Assembly: GCA_051294905.1 (NCBI GenBank)
Contig: CM119371.1
Location: 1,426,001-1,490,000 of the forward strand
Source of the DNA: Botryllus schlosseri
Taxonomy: Eukaryota
Length of the DNA stretch: 64,000 bases
Direction: 5' to 3'
Under the pieces are notes generated by a model that saw only the letters and a program-made list of their open reading frames with translations, had not been told where the DNA came from and searched no databases. Positions 33,141 to 46,950 of this stretch are shown here, piece by piece. The position numbers were made by a program, and so were the translations under genes. Numbering within the stretch: position 1 is the stretch's first letter; each line of letters begins with the position of its first letter.

Positions 33141-36100
33141 CCATATACCTTACCCTGCCATGGATGTAGGGTTGCGTTTATATCAAATGGTTTAAAAATG
33201 GTTTAAAACAGTGTTTTAAACAGAGTCATTTAAAATGTGCTTTTGTTAAGTTGTATAATTATGCCACAAGTGTTAAATATGTTCCAAATACATGCTCTAT
33301 GAGCCTGGACGAATACCACCCGATATAACTGACGTATACGATATAGAATGGTTGCAGCCCGCGAAATAGTCGGTTCAACGGTACGGAATGTATGTTCAGA
33401 TGACGGGTTGGAAGCCTATTTCGCCAAAGTAGCTATATTTACCCTATATTTTCAACTGCCGATGTAAATACACCATGACGTCACAATTAAATATTCGTGA
33501 CGTCATTGCTTAAAAAAACATGTTTTAAACAAGAGCCTTGTTTTAAACATGTTTATTTTAAATTGATTTTTACAAACACAACCGAACCTGTATGCAATAA
33601 TGAATAAGTATGTACCCACCATTTTCAATTACCCCACCTCCTCCCTTAGATCTACCGGCACATCATGATCACATGGATTGAGAGAGCTGGAGAAAATATA
33701 CCGATGTATGCAATTGCCAATATCATCGACCGAATTCAATCATGAATTCCGGAAAATGTCTACGCGAGCCACGACTAGCTAACCAGGGCCGAAACAGCAA
33801 CTCGTCAGGCCTCTCCTAAAAAAACCGTTGATATCGGGCCCCCATAGTATGATAAATCAAACATTCCTCCACCCCCATAATGATACACCTATTCCCCGCT
33901 ACTTGTAAGCATGACTTGTTCAACTCATTTCAGTGCGTCAGTTTATCTAACCCAGCGTTGAGCAATTATTTTTATCCGCGGGCCAAATGAGAAGCAGAAA
34001 ATGCTTTGGCGGGAGGAGTCGTGTAGCCGTGTTTTCCAGCGAATTGATTTTATTTTTAAATTGAGAGCTGTTAATTACACTGTTATTGAATGCTGCTCAG
34101 TGGATATGTCTGTGTTGAAATGAGGGAATGAGAAAGTGACGGTTAATTACCAAAAAGGGATATTTATTAGTTACATACTGAAGAATTAAATGAATGTCTC
34201 GAACGAAACTCGAATGATGCGCAAATACCAAGCTAATCCAGGAAATGCCAAACAATACTGACAACTTAAAAAAGTATTTCTGCTGTGCAGAGCAGCAAAG
34301 CGAGGATTACTTACTCACTTAATTACTCTCTTTCTCAGCGATTGTCCGTTTTTGGCCTGATGAAGATTAGCGATGAAAAATGGCACTCGCTCGTTATCAG
34401 GGATAAAAAAGAAACAATTGAGGATTCCAAATACACCACTACTGACATCATTGTATTGTAACTCGTCCTCTATAAACTAGTTTTCAACCCTGGAGCTACT
34501 ACACAGCTACATTGTGGAAATGTTCGGATCCATGAATCCCGTTACCGACAGAAGTTGAAATAGTTAGTAATAAATACTTTGACGCAAATAATTATATTTC
34601 ATCAAGACGGTAAATGTCTAGCATGTTCAAGTTCATGTTCATAGACGATAACCATCTGTCGTCAGTGTTAAGTCCTCAGTCTTGAAAGTAACCATAAGGA
34701 ACACGTCGATGACATTGTCGCTGCATTATTCTGAGAAGGCAAAAATTGCGCACTCAGTTCGGAACTTTCAGGAAAAATGGATCGAATAATAGTTTTATAT
34801 CCACAGAGGCGGAATCGCTTCATGGAAAATGCATGGAGAATATAATAGCTACACGAATAATATAATTCAGATTTATTTGGTCCCACTGCTGTTTACCTTA
34901 CTTTGACCCGAAAAGCCCCGCAGCCCCAGAGAAACTCGAACGATGAGTTGGTTGGTGATATAAAAATAATACGGCGCGTGTTGTTAACAATATCTTGTGT
35001 CGGGGCCAACGACGCATCACGATAAAAACAACGGGAGCACAGAAATATTCCAACTTGTATCGTCGTCAGAGCTACTGCTTGAGTGGTATATAACAGTAGT
35101 CAATCGTCTGATCATCGTATTTGTGCCAATTCCACTTGTTGCGAATGAATATGTTGCTCGAACAGAGCCCATAATTTTCGTAATATAATGTATAATACTA
35201 TTCTGCTTGGCGTTTAAGGCATTCCCGTAAAAACAAAGGTATGGATTTGGAGGTAATCTGTAATCATTGTCTAGTACGGCTCGCGAGTGATCAAAACTTT
35301 TTAATCCGGCCCGTGACCCAAGTTGAGTTTGACACCCCTGGTTCAACCTCGCTGACAATAATTTATCGCTAGAATAGCCATTAAGACGCACCGAGACCTG
35401 TTGAGTACGGCTGGAGTAGGGTTCTAAACAGGTCACAAGGCTCCGACTTACACGTCAATCTCACTTTCACAATTTTAACTCAAGTCAGTTCAATCACAAA
35501 GACAAAGCCGAGTTGTAGTCCGAGTGTACAACTGACATTCTATTTGGAGTCGCATAAAGTGTACAATGTACAATTGTACATATTTGTATTTCTCACGTCG
35601 TTTATACAGTTGTGATATCATTTGTCAATAATGTATGTTACTCTAATACTCGATTTTATTCCTAATACTCGATTCAGAATGGCATTAGTCAGGTGCACGA
35701 TTTCGATCACCGTTAATATTCAGTTAAATAGGAATCATCCATAACACTATAGCATATGTATCATGAGCAATATTCTCTATAAGCTGCGTGCGTGGGCGGC
35801 CGCGCTCCGAAAAACGTGTGCTGCGCACAAGTAAGCCGAAGTAGTGATATTTTTGTTGTTGTCACGCACTATTGTCCAAGGTGAGTTGGTAAGTGCGCGC
35901 AGACTCGTAGACAATTACAGGGAACATGGAACATGAGTATCATTGATGCTTTCGGGAGTGGTCTTTAAATGCGAAAAACTAAGTCTGGTTTATGCACAAT
36001 GCGTAATTCACATTGTAGCCCAATAATAAACCCACGCATCATCTCCCCAGAAAATAAAACAATGGCAAAAGAATATACACAAAATCAGCCCAGTGAACAT

Positions 36101-36689
36101 AAAATAATAAAAAAATCAAGGTTAAAAACTTGAATTAAATCGCATTGATTTAAATCAGCCTTTTTTAAACCAGAAACCTACCTCTGACTGGGTTTTAGTG
36201 TGCCTTCGCACATATTAGTTTATTTCCATGTATTGGCCTGAAATCCAGGGGCAAGTATACTCATTGTACGACAAACCAGTTACAAAAATGTTAATGCAGG
36301 GCTGGGCCAACTACTAGCCGCATGCAAAAAAATCGCGCATGTGTTAAGTGGAATCGCTCTCTGCATGTACAGAAGTATTCAGAAGTATATTTTGTCGGGA
36401 GCTTGAAGCTAACATGGTTATAACGCTGTCCGCACAGTGTATCCTGGAGTTGCACCAAAAGTAGAAGCAGGCTTCAAGATGTATTTTTGAAAATATATAT
36501 CAGGCCATATTTGCCAAGGAAAATGTTTGATAGTAGTGGAAGTAGTTGAATATCACAAACACTTTAGTATGGTTAAGAAGTGCCGGTAAATAATCCTAAT
36601 TGGATATCCTAAAAAAGTCTAAGTAGTTCATTGCTGGCCTATTGTGGTCAGACCTAATATCTGCGTACTATTGATATTCGGACGTGCTT

Positions 36690-37060
36690 CGGTATTGATA
36701 TCTACGCATCAAAAAGAGCCCAAGAATAATTCAGAACTCGGATCTGCGCAGTATTGGGGGCCGGGTATTCTACGGAACTGATTGTGCGCGGTGGAAGCTG
36801 GTATATACGCTCTATTTGGGGTCAGACATGCATCGGCGTGGACATATGTGCATCAAAAACAGTGCCACCGATGCCTCAGACCAAACTTTAGATTGTCGCA
36901 ACAATTGTATCCGGACATGAACCCGAGCTGATATGTGAACTTCAAAAAAGCCCTGACATGGCACGCACTCGATATCGTCACACTGAATGGACTCAGACAT
37001 GCTTCAAACGTGATATCCCCGCGCTATCCACCTTGCAAACAATGCGCGATCCGAGATAAC
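36690..37060 (+). pseudogene. Possible RTE-clade LINE RT remnant
   Basis: Broken frames give K.IQN...YLGSD...TKL in the expected order. Confidence 0.3.
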
Positions 37061-38136
37061 TTTTAAATGACATTTATACACGCAGTTACTATTACTTCCG
37101 ATTTATTTTCTAGATTGCGATTACAATTACTTGAAGATACTGCAATCGTCGAAATCGCTTGCAATTATAAATACGATTACCCCATGTCTGCTCTAAATGC
37201 ATTTTGTCATTTTTTAGCAGCAACATGATAAAACATTACCAAACATCAACAAAGGATTATTTCAACAACTATTCTATTCAGCAAATTCAATTGGAACACA
37301 TGGTAAAATGAGTAGCTAGATGTGAATCTGTTGAACGATTCCATCAATCAACTCGGGATAAAAGTTGAAACAATAAATAGATTAGTTAATTTGATATGGC
37401 ACGTCACTTCGTGCCTCCAGATCATTGAATCACCATCCTCCATACTCACATGATTCGGTTTATCGCTTAGTATGGCATGAAGTATGACGTGCTGAAAATT
37501 CCATGCATCAACACTTCTGCGCGTGACTGAAATCGTAGTTGTTTCCGGAATAATCTGTTATTGGCAGTCATTTTGCAGCGGAGAGATTTGCGCAGCGTTC
37601 CTTTATGCGTGTGACAAATGCGCGCGATTCAGCAGCGAAGTCAAATCGGTTAGTTTCAAATATAAAATTAATTGGAAAGCAAGTAACGGTTACCATTCTT
37701 GACGAAATGGTTTTATTAGGCAACATGTTCTATTACAGCTTACAAACTAGCTTTAATGCTATGTGCATTCCATTGATAGTTCAAGCATCATCATAATATT
37801 TCAGTCGACTGATGAAACATCTTGCTGCAAAGCTCTTAAACAGTAATGCGCAAACTTTTTTAAACACGCCCATTGATCGTGGAAATTATCGCGCCCCTTA
37901 GTATCACATTATAAAACTATTATCATGAGCAACAAGAATATTTGCGATCACAATGCATACTTTGATGGCATTTGAGGTTATGACTGTTGAGAGACCTTCC
38001 AAATATGGAATTCAGACTATACCCAGGCCAATTACCAGTTGGAGCATGGCCAATGGTTGGAGTGAATCTCGGTGGACGAGAAAAAAAATATCGTTGAATA
38101 ATGTGTCAAGAATAACCATGTCCTGTCCACGTAGCA

Positions 38137-38859
38137 CAGGGCCGGCCAACCCGTGGCCCGCGGGCCACATGTGGCCCGCGAGAAGGTTTTGAGTGGCCCG
38201 CGAGGTAATTTCCGAAATTTCTAATATCAAAAATGGATTGCACAGATTGTGAACTTGCAAGGCCAACCAAAAATTTGATTAGTTTGGCCGCAACACTTGC
38301 GATGTGATGACAAAATATCAGTTCCGACGCATTGACAGATCCATCAGCCAGTCACATATATTGGTATATCTTCGTACACTAAAATAAAGCAGAATAATTT
38401 GCGATAGATTTATCAAAAGTAAAAATTTTCTGCAAGCTTAGCGCGACATGTTGTCACTCGATTCCTTGTTTTTAATATTGTTGCCCTTTTTGTGAAAATG
38501 GACGAACGCCTGATGTATCAGATTGAGTCTAACTATATTCGCGATTACGGGACAAAGTGTCGTTCAACATATGCGACCTTGCGTTTACGCTCACAGTAAG
38601 ATCGTTGACTATGAAACCTAGGCACGGAAAGATTGACGCATGTTGGTCGCAGCTTTCGATATCGATATGTCCATGCGCCGAATAGCCCAGTCCTCGCAAA
38701 CTTAGCCGAGCGATATACGGCAGGCCCGCAATATAGTCAAGTGACAATATTATTGACCTATGAACTTCAAAAAAATTTCACGCTTCGCGCGGTAAGTGGC
38801 CCGCACAATATTTCGTCAATCGAATGTGGCCCTTTGGCTGAAAAGGTTGGCCGGCCCTG
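38137..38859. mobile_element. Buster-type MITE
   Basis: CAGGGCCGGCCAACC...GGTTGGCCGGCCCTG; perfect TSD ACGTAGCA. Confidence 0.92.
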
Positions 38860-39609
38860 ACGTAGCACGTAGCATATACATACTTCAGAAATTTTGGTGT
38901 CAAATGCCTTTTATTTCCTGACTTGGGCTAGGCTCAATCAAAAACCATAATTTCTAAAGATCCAAAAGCATTTCACACATGACATCAAAAAGCATGTCAC
39001 ACATGGCGTATGACATGACCTGATAAGAAAACATTTTATTTCTTCATAACATGGTCTCCTACTACGCACTCTGCACAGATGGCTCACAGACAGACCATAA
39101 AAGCATCAGCTAACATATACACGCAAGTTACTCCTAATTCATGGTCATTCCGATCGTTAGAAGGTGCGATGTATGGATGGTACGAAGCCATTATGGCATT
39201 TGAAATCGTACTATAATTCGGATTATTGGCATTGTTTAAACTTGGAAGTTTCCGCTCCCATTAAACTCACTCTGAGTTCGAGAAACTCCACTTTACTTAG
39301 GCGCCTTACCGCCCCGTCAGACGCTTTCACAACCCCGAAAGGGACGCGTCCCACAAGAATCACTACTGTATGGGGAGTAAGCTGACATTGCCAAATTAAC
39401 TGTGAATTGGTTTACACGAGTCGTAAACTCAAATATATCATATTTCAGAGACCCTTACCGCCAAATAGTTTTATCAAACTTACCCCACATACACCACAAG
39501 CACGTTTATGGAACAATCCAAGTGGCAACGAAGCTGGGACACGCTGCTTTTTCACAATAAATTTTCCCGCATGCGTTTTAAATGAAGAATGATATGATAT
39601 AATGATTAG

Positions 39610-42470
39610 GGAAGTTACCAGTGGAAGATTCCAATGAAGAAAAAACTGCGAAGAAACCCGACAAGTATATGTTATCTTATCGATATGACATTATATTGCA
39701 CGATAAATATTACCGTCCCGTCGCTGTAGTTTGCTAACGAACTGTTTTATGCCTTCGTGAAGCTATGCTAGTACCAGCAGCATAAGTTATCTCATCTTCC
39801 ATGAATTCTACTAATTGCGCAATTCCTGTACCGGGCTGTATATTCGTAACATATATTGCCACTTCAACTGCACGAAAATCGTACATTGCGTTACAGCGCA
39901 ATGAGAACATCCTGCTATTGCAACCTTTGATTTAATATCGAACACTAAAATGGAGCTCCTATTATGCATCGAATTCATATTATGCCTGTAAGGAGAGTAA
40001 TGGATCATTTTATACAATTACAACGTTTTCTGTACCATAGTTTTGTTGTGGCTGCGCAATCTCTAAATTCTTTACAACATTGCCTTTTCCAAGTGCTTTC
40101 GGCGCGTGAGGCGAAATATAAGTGATGATTAGTTCTCAGGAGTTCCGCCTGTGACGCATCACTATGGACGAGCTATCTGTCCGCCTAATAATTATCGTCA
40201 ATGCAGTGTACATTTCATCGTTACGACAAGAATCATGATAATATTTCAGTTGGCTGATGACAGATATTGGTGCCATAGGCTCTCTATAAGGATTGAGTCG
40301 ACATTGCCATGTCATTGAGTGTTTATTTTTTTATACGAGTCGTGAAATTACATATATCTTAGTTTTGACAAATTTATATGTCATGCATGGTAGGCAGGTT
40401 TATAGCACATTATATGAGTGGCAACTTAGCGGGGACACGCTACTTCATGATAATATATTATACTCAGGCTTTTGATTGAAGTGTGATATCAAATATTAAT
40501 GAGGAAAGTAGCCAGTGGAAGATTCCATTGAAAAAACAACTGCTGCAAAACCCTCTAATGCAGTGCTCTTCAACCGGGGTTGTCGTACACCCTAGGGTGT
40601 ACCAGAATTTGCAAAGGGTGTACCACTCAGATGGGGTGTACAGGGGTGTACCAGATCCGAATTACAATGAGCCGATGGCCAGCTATCACAAAGGCAGGTT
40701 TATGGGTCAGTACAGGTTGACGCACAGGTTGATGAGCAATATGGTACGATGTTATCTAGTGATTGTGATGTCATAAGCAAATATTTCTACTTTTCATTTA
40801 GCCGTCGGCAATACACCAATGGTTCCGTTTGGTATTGGAAAGTATGCAGTTAACAAACATGTGTTCAGCTATAGTCATTTGTCTTTTAGTGATTTTTGAG
40901 GTAACCGCCGCGATAGCTCAGACTTTTTGAATCGGTACTTCCTACCCGACGTTAATAAATACCGCAATGCACATAAATGAAGTGTCGTAGCCAGCCAGGG
41001 TCGAAACTGCTTCCATGTTGAAATCGGAACCCTTTTGTTTTAAAATGCCGATTTTATGTCCAATATTTCGCCATACATTTGCAATTTAGTATTTTGTTAT
41101 TAGTAGGGCTGGGCAAAATCGAGTACCTGAGTGATTCGATTCTGAATCACGTAATATGCTTCGAGTCGAGTCGAGTAATCGAGTATCACTCATTATGACG
41201 TCATAACAGAATGTAAAATTTCAAAGTTCAAGTTGTGGGAAGATATGACTTCAGCAATATGCTATTTCCAGTAACGTTCCGTTTCGTATGCTACGATACG
41301 GCCAAGCAAGGTTTCAAGGCTTCAACAGTGAAAATTAGTATCGAAACTAATTCCCGGTGATAAATTAACTTTCAGTCGCGAGGAGCGTATAATTTCAGTA
41401 CTCGAAAAAGTCGTCTTTTCCTACTCGACTCGAATCATTAAAATTAATACTCGATTCAGATTCGAGTACTCGAATCATTATGCCCAGCCCTAGTTATTAG
41501 TGATGCCAATTAGCGACAATACACTGTGTATAGCGGCATACGATCTGAGGTTACTGACATCTCTTCCAGCCCATGTGCTACTATCGACTGTGTGTGGTGT
41601 GGGGCAGGCCTGATACGCAGTGGACTGGTGCGCCTACCATCGCTGATCTGAATTACCGCTTCTGCAGCAGTAGCTTTACCTACTCTTTCCCCAATACTGT
41701 TACATTTAGGTACATTATCGTTCGTAATGTCATGCTGTTTTGGGCTGACACGAAATAAATACCAATTTGCGTGGCGGGCGGCCTAACTGGCTGCGAATAG
41801 ACTCTGTGACCAAATGCTATTATATTCAAATCCAATTTTTTGACGGCAATAACTCCGCTTCTACTGGTTGGAATTGAACCAAATTTTAAGAACATCTTTT
41901 TTAGAGACAACCCAATACTTTCATGGGGTGAACAGAAAGATTTCACATTTTTCGGTATTTATTTTTATATTATAAAGAGAAAGTTTCTTCTCCCGTAGCC
42001 ATGCGGCTACTGGTTGGAATTGAACCAAATTTGGTGTGTAGGCTTAAGTTAGGTAACCTAACCATTTTATCAAGTAGCCAGTACGATTTGAGGAAAAAAG
42101 TCATTTTTGAAGACCCCTAATGAACAGGGGTGTACGAGTTTTGAGCAAACGTTAAAAGGGTGTACCACGTCGAAAAAGGTTGAAGAGCACTGCTCTAATG
42201 CCATGCTATCTTGTCGATATGTAATCATATTACATAATAAACATTAGCAACACTTTGCTTTAGCTGTTCGCAAACTGTTTTATGCCTCTGTGACGCTGTG
42301 TTCATAATAGCAGTATAGGTTATCCAATCCAGCATAAACAATACTAACTTAACAGTGCCTGTACCAGACTGCATACTCGTCGCATATGCTGTCACTTTCT
42401 GCACGAAGCTCGGGATTGCGTTACATCGCTGCGAACGGATTCCTGTGCGGTGTACGAGCTCAGATGTCTG
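39610..42470. repeat. Old local direct duplication (39610-39930 versus 40505-40560 plus 42193-42470)
   Basis: Shared CCAGTGGAAGATTCCA.TGAA, AACTGTTTTATGCCT, CCTGTACC.G.CTG.ATA and ATTGCGTTACA.CGC; the second copy is split by the 40561-42192 hAT. Confidence 0.7.
40561..42192. mobile_element. hAT element with a nested TAGGGCTG MITE at 41104-41492
   Basis: CAGTGCTCTTCAACC...GGTTGAAGAGCACTG with TSD CTCTAATG; inner TSD GTTATTAG; both perfect. Confidence 0.92.
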
Positions 42471-42757
42471 CATTCTAAACCGATGACGCGCGATTCAGCT
42501 TGCAATTGCTTCCGCTTTGCAAGTAACCCGATCGATTCTCAAACTGAACTAGATAAATATGTCATTACTTTGCATTTCACCACAGACATGCGATGTCACG
42601 CGCCTTAATAGCGTGACGTGTGTATTCCGAGAATAAACATTTTTGAACTGCATCAATGAAGATACTTCTTAGTTCACAATTCACATATAGACCGTGTAAC
42701 CTGATGGGATGATAATCGAGCTACACATTCATAAGATACAGTTCAAGGCCATACATC

Positions 42758-42995
42758 AGTGGCGAGTAGTTTACTTGTATAATCCACAGCTGCAACGGCA
42801 ATGTATTGCGGATTCGAGTCCGACCGAGGTCGACTGGAAATTTATCTAGGTTCTTCTTCGCCATATCAGCCGTGAAAACTAGAAGTGGACCGTGCTATGA
42901 GTCGGCAGCTACGGAATAAAAATGAAGGAAATTGGCGTGGTGTAATTGACAGAGAAGTTGATAATCACCACGGATACCACAAACAACAACAAGGC
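42758..42995 (+). mobile_element. tRNA-derived SINE
   Basis: A-box-like TGGCGAGTAG, B-box-like GGATTCGAGTCC, family body AGAAGTGGACCGTGCTA, (AAC)n tail. Confidence 0.6.
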
Positions 42996-43411
42996 TATAT
43001 TGTTTATGGGTAATATAAATGTGTAAACTGTAGCAGTTTATTCAAAACCATATATACGAGATTTGTTAATGACTTGAGAGGAATACACGGAACACGTTAG
43101 CAGTCTATAGAAAATATTTACATAGGTATAAATCAGGGTTTCCTTGGGAATCTATGGTTCTTTTGATGACATATGACTCTCAGAGAAATATAAAATGTGA
43201 TTTATCAAGTATTAATGAAAATCAAATAGCAGCAAAATCAAAATCTCTTACAAATCTGCTTTGTTATCATTCATCAGAAATATACATTCGTGGTGTACTT
43301 TGCACGGTAAACATACAACGCATCTCCTGACTTTCTATGATTCTCATAAGGAAAATACTAGGGAAACGAAATGAGGAATATCGACTGCATCTAATATCGA
43401 TATTTCAGATC

Positions 43412-43873
43412 AGTCGGGTGGTAATGACTTGAGTCATGTCTCGACTCGGGTCGCGATTTTTCAGTGACTAGACTTTTCTCGACTCGATTCGAAGCAATTT
43501 GTGTATTGACTCGACTTGTACTCGAGTCACTACACAAGACTCAACCAAGTCATAAAACTCAGGACTCGGATGGCCTAGACAGGCATTTCGTTGTAACTTC
43601 GAAAAATAGTACCCAAAGATACCTCATAATGCTGGCATTAAATATCTACTACACAGAGTTGCAAAAACGGGAGTTTAATAGGATTGAGCTTGAAAATGAA
43701 CAGGTAACACAATGACTTGGACTCAGACACGAATCTCAACACTGTGACTATGGACTAAAACCTTTGAACCCTGACTATGACACGGACTTGACTCGGTGGT
43801 GAATTGAAAATGACTCGACTGGACTCGAGTCAAAGCAAATAAAGTAGAATTGATTATGACTCGGTCAACCCTG
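43412..43873. mobile_element. Repeat family rich in GACTCGAGTC/GACTCGACTC motifs (probably hAT-type MITE)
   Basis: Ends in TCAACCCTG; 43770-43873 is related to the reverse complement of 58960-59085; further clusters at about 9715-9765, 14760-14890, 35440-35530, 44030-44225, 58050-58480, 59270-59420 and 61190-61280. Confidence 0.6.
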
Positions 43874-44233
43874 TGATATGGTAATGTTTGATAGATCACG
43901 ACCCAAGCGCAAAATTGACTGATACAACCTCCAAAAATACTAGCGGTCTAGCAGCAACAACATTACCATAAAAATGACTTATTATGGCGTGCCAATTATT
44001 CGCTACAAAGCCCGAATTCAATGGCTGTAACTAAGTCACCTGATTGCAAGTCGCAAGTCAATCTTACTTTTCTGTTATTAATGGAGTCGAGTCATTTTGA
44101 ATTTATAATCGAGTTAAGTCCAAGTCAAGGTGCAAAGGGTCGTGCCCGAGTCCAAGTCATTGTGTCCTCTGTTCAGTTTCGATGTCAGTCAGTCATGCTC
44201 AACCCGATTTCTTACAACTCTGCTAGAGTGGTA

Positions 44234-45100
44234 TAGAGAGAGAGAGAGAGAGAGAGAGAGTCTTTATTTTCATCGAACCAAAATACATAACAAACGGCAG
44301 TGATGGTGGTACAGAAAATATGCGTGCACAGTATTCGGTATTAGAAAGGAATGATCGATAAGACCGTGAAGGTCATCTAGTCTGATCACACCAGCATCAA
44401 ACAGGTACACTTGACTCAGAACAGTATGGCTGTAAAAAAATGTTTAGTTAGGAAAGGAAAATAGAAAAAAATTAAACAATGGTAGCAAATGATCAATGAA
44501 GCAATGTCTGGGCGAGGTAGGGCAACAGTGTTAGTGTAACGACAAGAGGTGATCAAGTAGGGCTTTTTTGAATCTATTATATGGCAATTCACGGATATGT
44601 GATGGTAATGCATTCCAGATGATAGGTCCCGAGTAGTCGATAGATCTCTTAGTTAGGTTGCTATTGGGTTGGGGTAAGTAGACGTTTCCTTTAGACGAAG
44701 ATCTCGTGTAATGGGAATGGACATGTTTAGCAGGTATGAAGAAGTCATCAAACACAGGAGGGAGACTATTGGAAAAATATTTGTGAACAACTTTTGATAC
44801 TTCGAAGCGATACAGTTCATCAACTCGCAAAATTCTATGCTTACGGTGGTAAGGCGATAAATTAGTACGTAAAGGTACATATGAGATCAGCCGTATCGCA
44901 CGGTTTTGCAGGGTTCGAATTCTGCACAAAAATGTTGTACATGCATTTCCCCATACTACGATTCCATATTGCAGATGCGAGTGGAATCAATGGTGACGCC
45001 GAGATATTTTGCTGAGTCACATATTGAGATTTGTTTATGATTGATGTTCACAGTGAAATTATGACTGGCATTAGAATTCGGCTTAATTTCAACCTACAGA
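44234..45100 (-). mobile_element. 5'-truncated LINE (L2/Crack/Daphne-like) 3' end with (CT)n tail
   Basis: KYLGVTID...SHLQYGIVVWGNA...LQNRAIRLI...HSHYTRS...SIDYSGPIIWNALPSHIR...FKKAL (ORF 44531-44929); 3' UTR with ACTAGATGACC; AATAAAGA followed by (CT)n. Confidence 0.9.
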
Positions 45101-45654
45101 AATATTGCCATTAGACGAGAGAGTTTTCGATCTGTATTCAACAAAATCAAAAACATTTCAAATTTTACTAGGCTAGCCTACTTCATGAAATTGTTAGGTT
45201 GTAAAAACAAATCAGTGCAAAAATTGGAAAAAAATCGACACAAAAACAACAAATCCAATTTATTTCTCATACTCAGCCTATGAATACTTTCCGGTTCCCT
45301 CCACTTTTGGCAATAAGGCATAATCATTTTTTTTTACGAGTTGGTGATATTGTTTACACAAAATGTCATTAAAATTTCTTAGCGTACATCAGTCAAGTTG
45401 CTCGAAACTGATTCATGTAATACGTCTGTTACAGTCGAACATGCGCCAGAAAAATTACGACATACCGGTATCCTCACATGTAAGAAGGCCAAGACGTTAG
45501 AAAGAATGTCAAAGATTCAAATATTATTAATGTGATAGCCTATTACTACATTTTAATACAAAATTCTACGAGTGCCGACTTTACTAGTTATCATGTTTGC
45601 AATAACAGTCAAGAAGGCATATATATAGGGGTGGTAGAACAATTTGTTGGAAAG

Positions 45655-46386
45655 CAATGTTCCCTCTAATTTTTCACAATTGTGCAATTGGAAACATCAT
45701 GTTTCTATCTGTCTTAAGAAGAAAGTTTTCTCTATTGTGAACACAAAATTAGTTATAGCCAAAAAACAATATATACGCATATTTTTGTTGAAATTCAGCA
45801 TTTATTCTGACGAATTGTGATCCGTCATCAGTTTTTTTGAAAAGAAAAGTAACACACTAACAATAATGAATATTGGGCCCATAATACAAATATATTCACA
45901 ACACAGTCCTTTTAAAATCGGTTCAAAATATCATAATGAAGCACTCACATTTAACGACTTATTGAAAATGCATTTTTGGTCAAGTTTTTTCATCAGTTCA
46001 CGAGAATTTTTCGGCGAATGAGGCCATCTTGTCTTTTAAATCCTGAAACTTGTGCTGATGCTTCTGTTACAAGCTTTACATGTTCACAATAGAGAAAACT
46101 TTCTTCTTAAGACGGATAGAAGCATGATGTTTCCGCAGATTTTGAGCTATAGCCTATATCATGACTCTACGACCATGCAGCGGTTGTCGAGATGGGCCAT
46201 TTTACCCCCACGTGCAGAAATTGGGGGGTTGCCGGCTGGTAAATGGGAGTAATCCCCTGAAGTCACTTTCTATGGAAGTTTTAGGTCATATTTGTCAGGA
46301 TTGAGGAATCCCTTTTTTCGATTTGAAAAAAAAGTCATTTTCACTCCAGCCTAGTGTGCGCACTGCGCAGCTTAGAGGGAACATTG
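45655..46386. mobile_element. hAT MITE, CAATGTTCCCTCTAA family
   Basis: CAATGTTCCCTCTAA...TTAGAGGGAACATTG; perfect TSD TTGGAAAG. Confidence 0.9.
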
Positions 46387-46682
46387 TTGGAAAGCATTTT
46401 TAAACCAGCAATTCATCATGTTTCGTGGCAACTTCTGTAAATAAATACAATACCTTGTCTACTGAAAGTACTGTTGAAAGTAAGCAACTATAACTCCATT
46501 ACGGTATGAGCATTTTCAAGCTTCCTTGGAGGACCAATTCAATTTTGTGAGATAAAAGAGGACACATCGATCGTAGTACTATTTATAACAGAAATATCAT
46601 GTAGCCTTTACCGTCTGCTGTGTAACCACGACAACAAACTTAACTTCATACCACGAAATTCTGTCTGACCGACAAGATAACG

Positions 46683-46950
46683 TGATGGTGAAGCGTCCGG
46701 CTTCTTGATCGGTAGGTCGTGGGTTCGATTAGTAACACTGGTATCCATGACTTCCCTGCTTGGGGCTCATACATTACTGGGATAGCATGGAATGGTGGTG
46801 CATGACACAGAGCGCCGTAAAGGCTATATCTGCACTTCCTTGTCCAGCGACATATGCACATCATTAGTAGGTGTATGCCGCAAAAAACATCAAGGACAAA
46901 AATAAACTGCGTCCTGTCCTTGCTACTCCTATACCACTATCCTGTCAGGA
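46683..46950 (+). mobile_element. tRNA-derived SINE-like element
   Basis: TGGTGAAGCG (A-box-like) and GGGTTCGATT (B box) at tRNA-like spacing, with no acceptor-stem closure. Confidence 0.55.

Noticed and set aside
46683-46760. tRNA genes at 46683 and 42758
   Set aside because: A/B boxes are present but there is no complete cloverleaf or acceptor pairing; treated as SINE heads.
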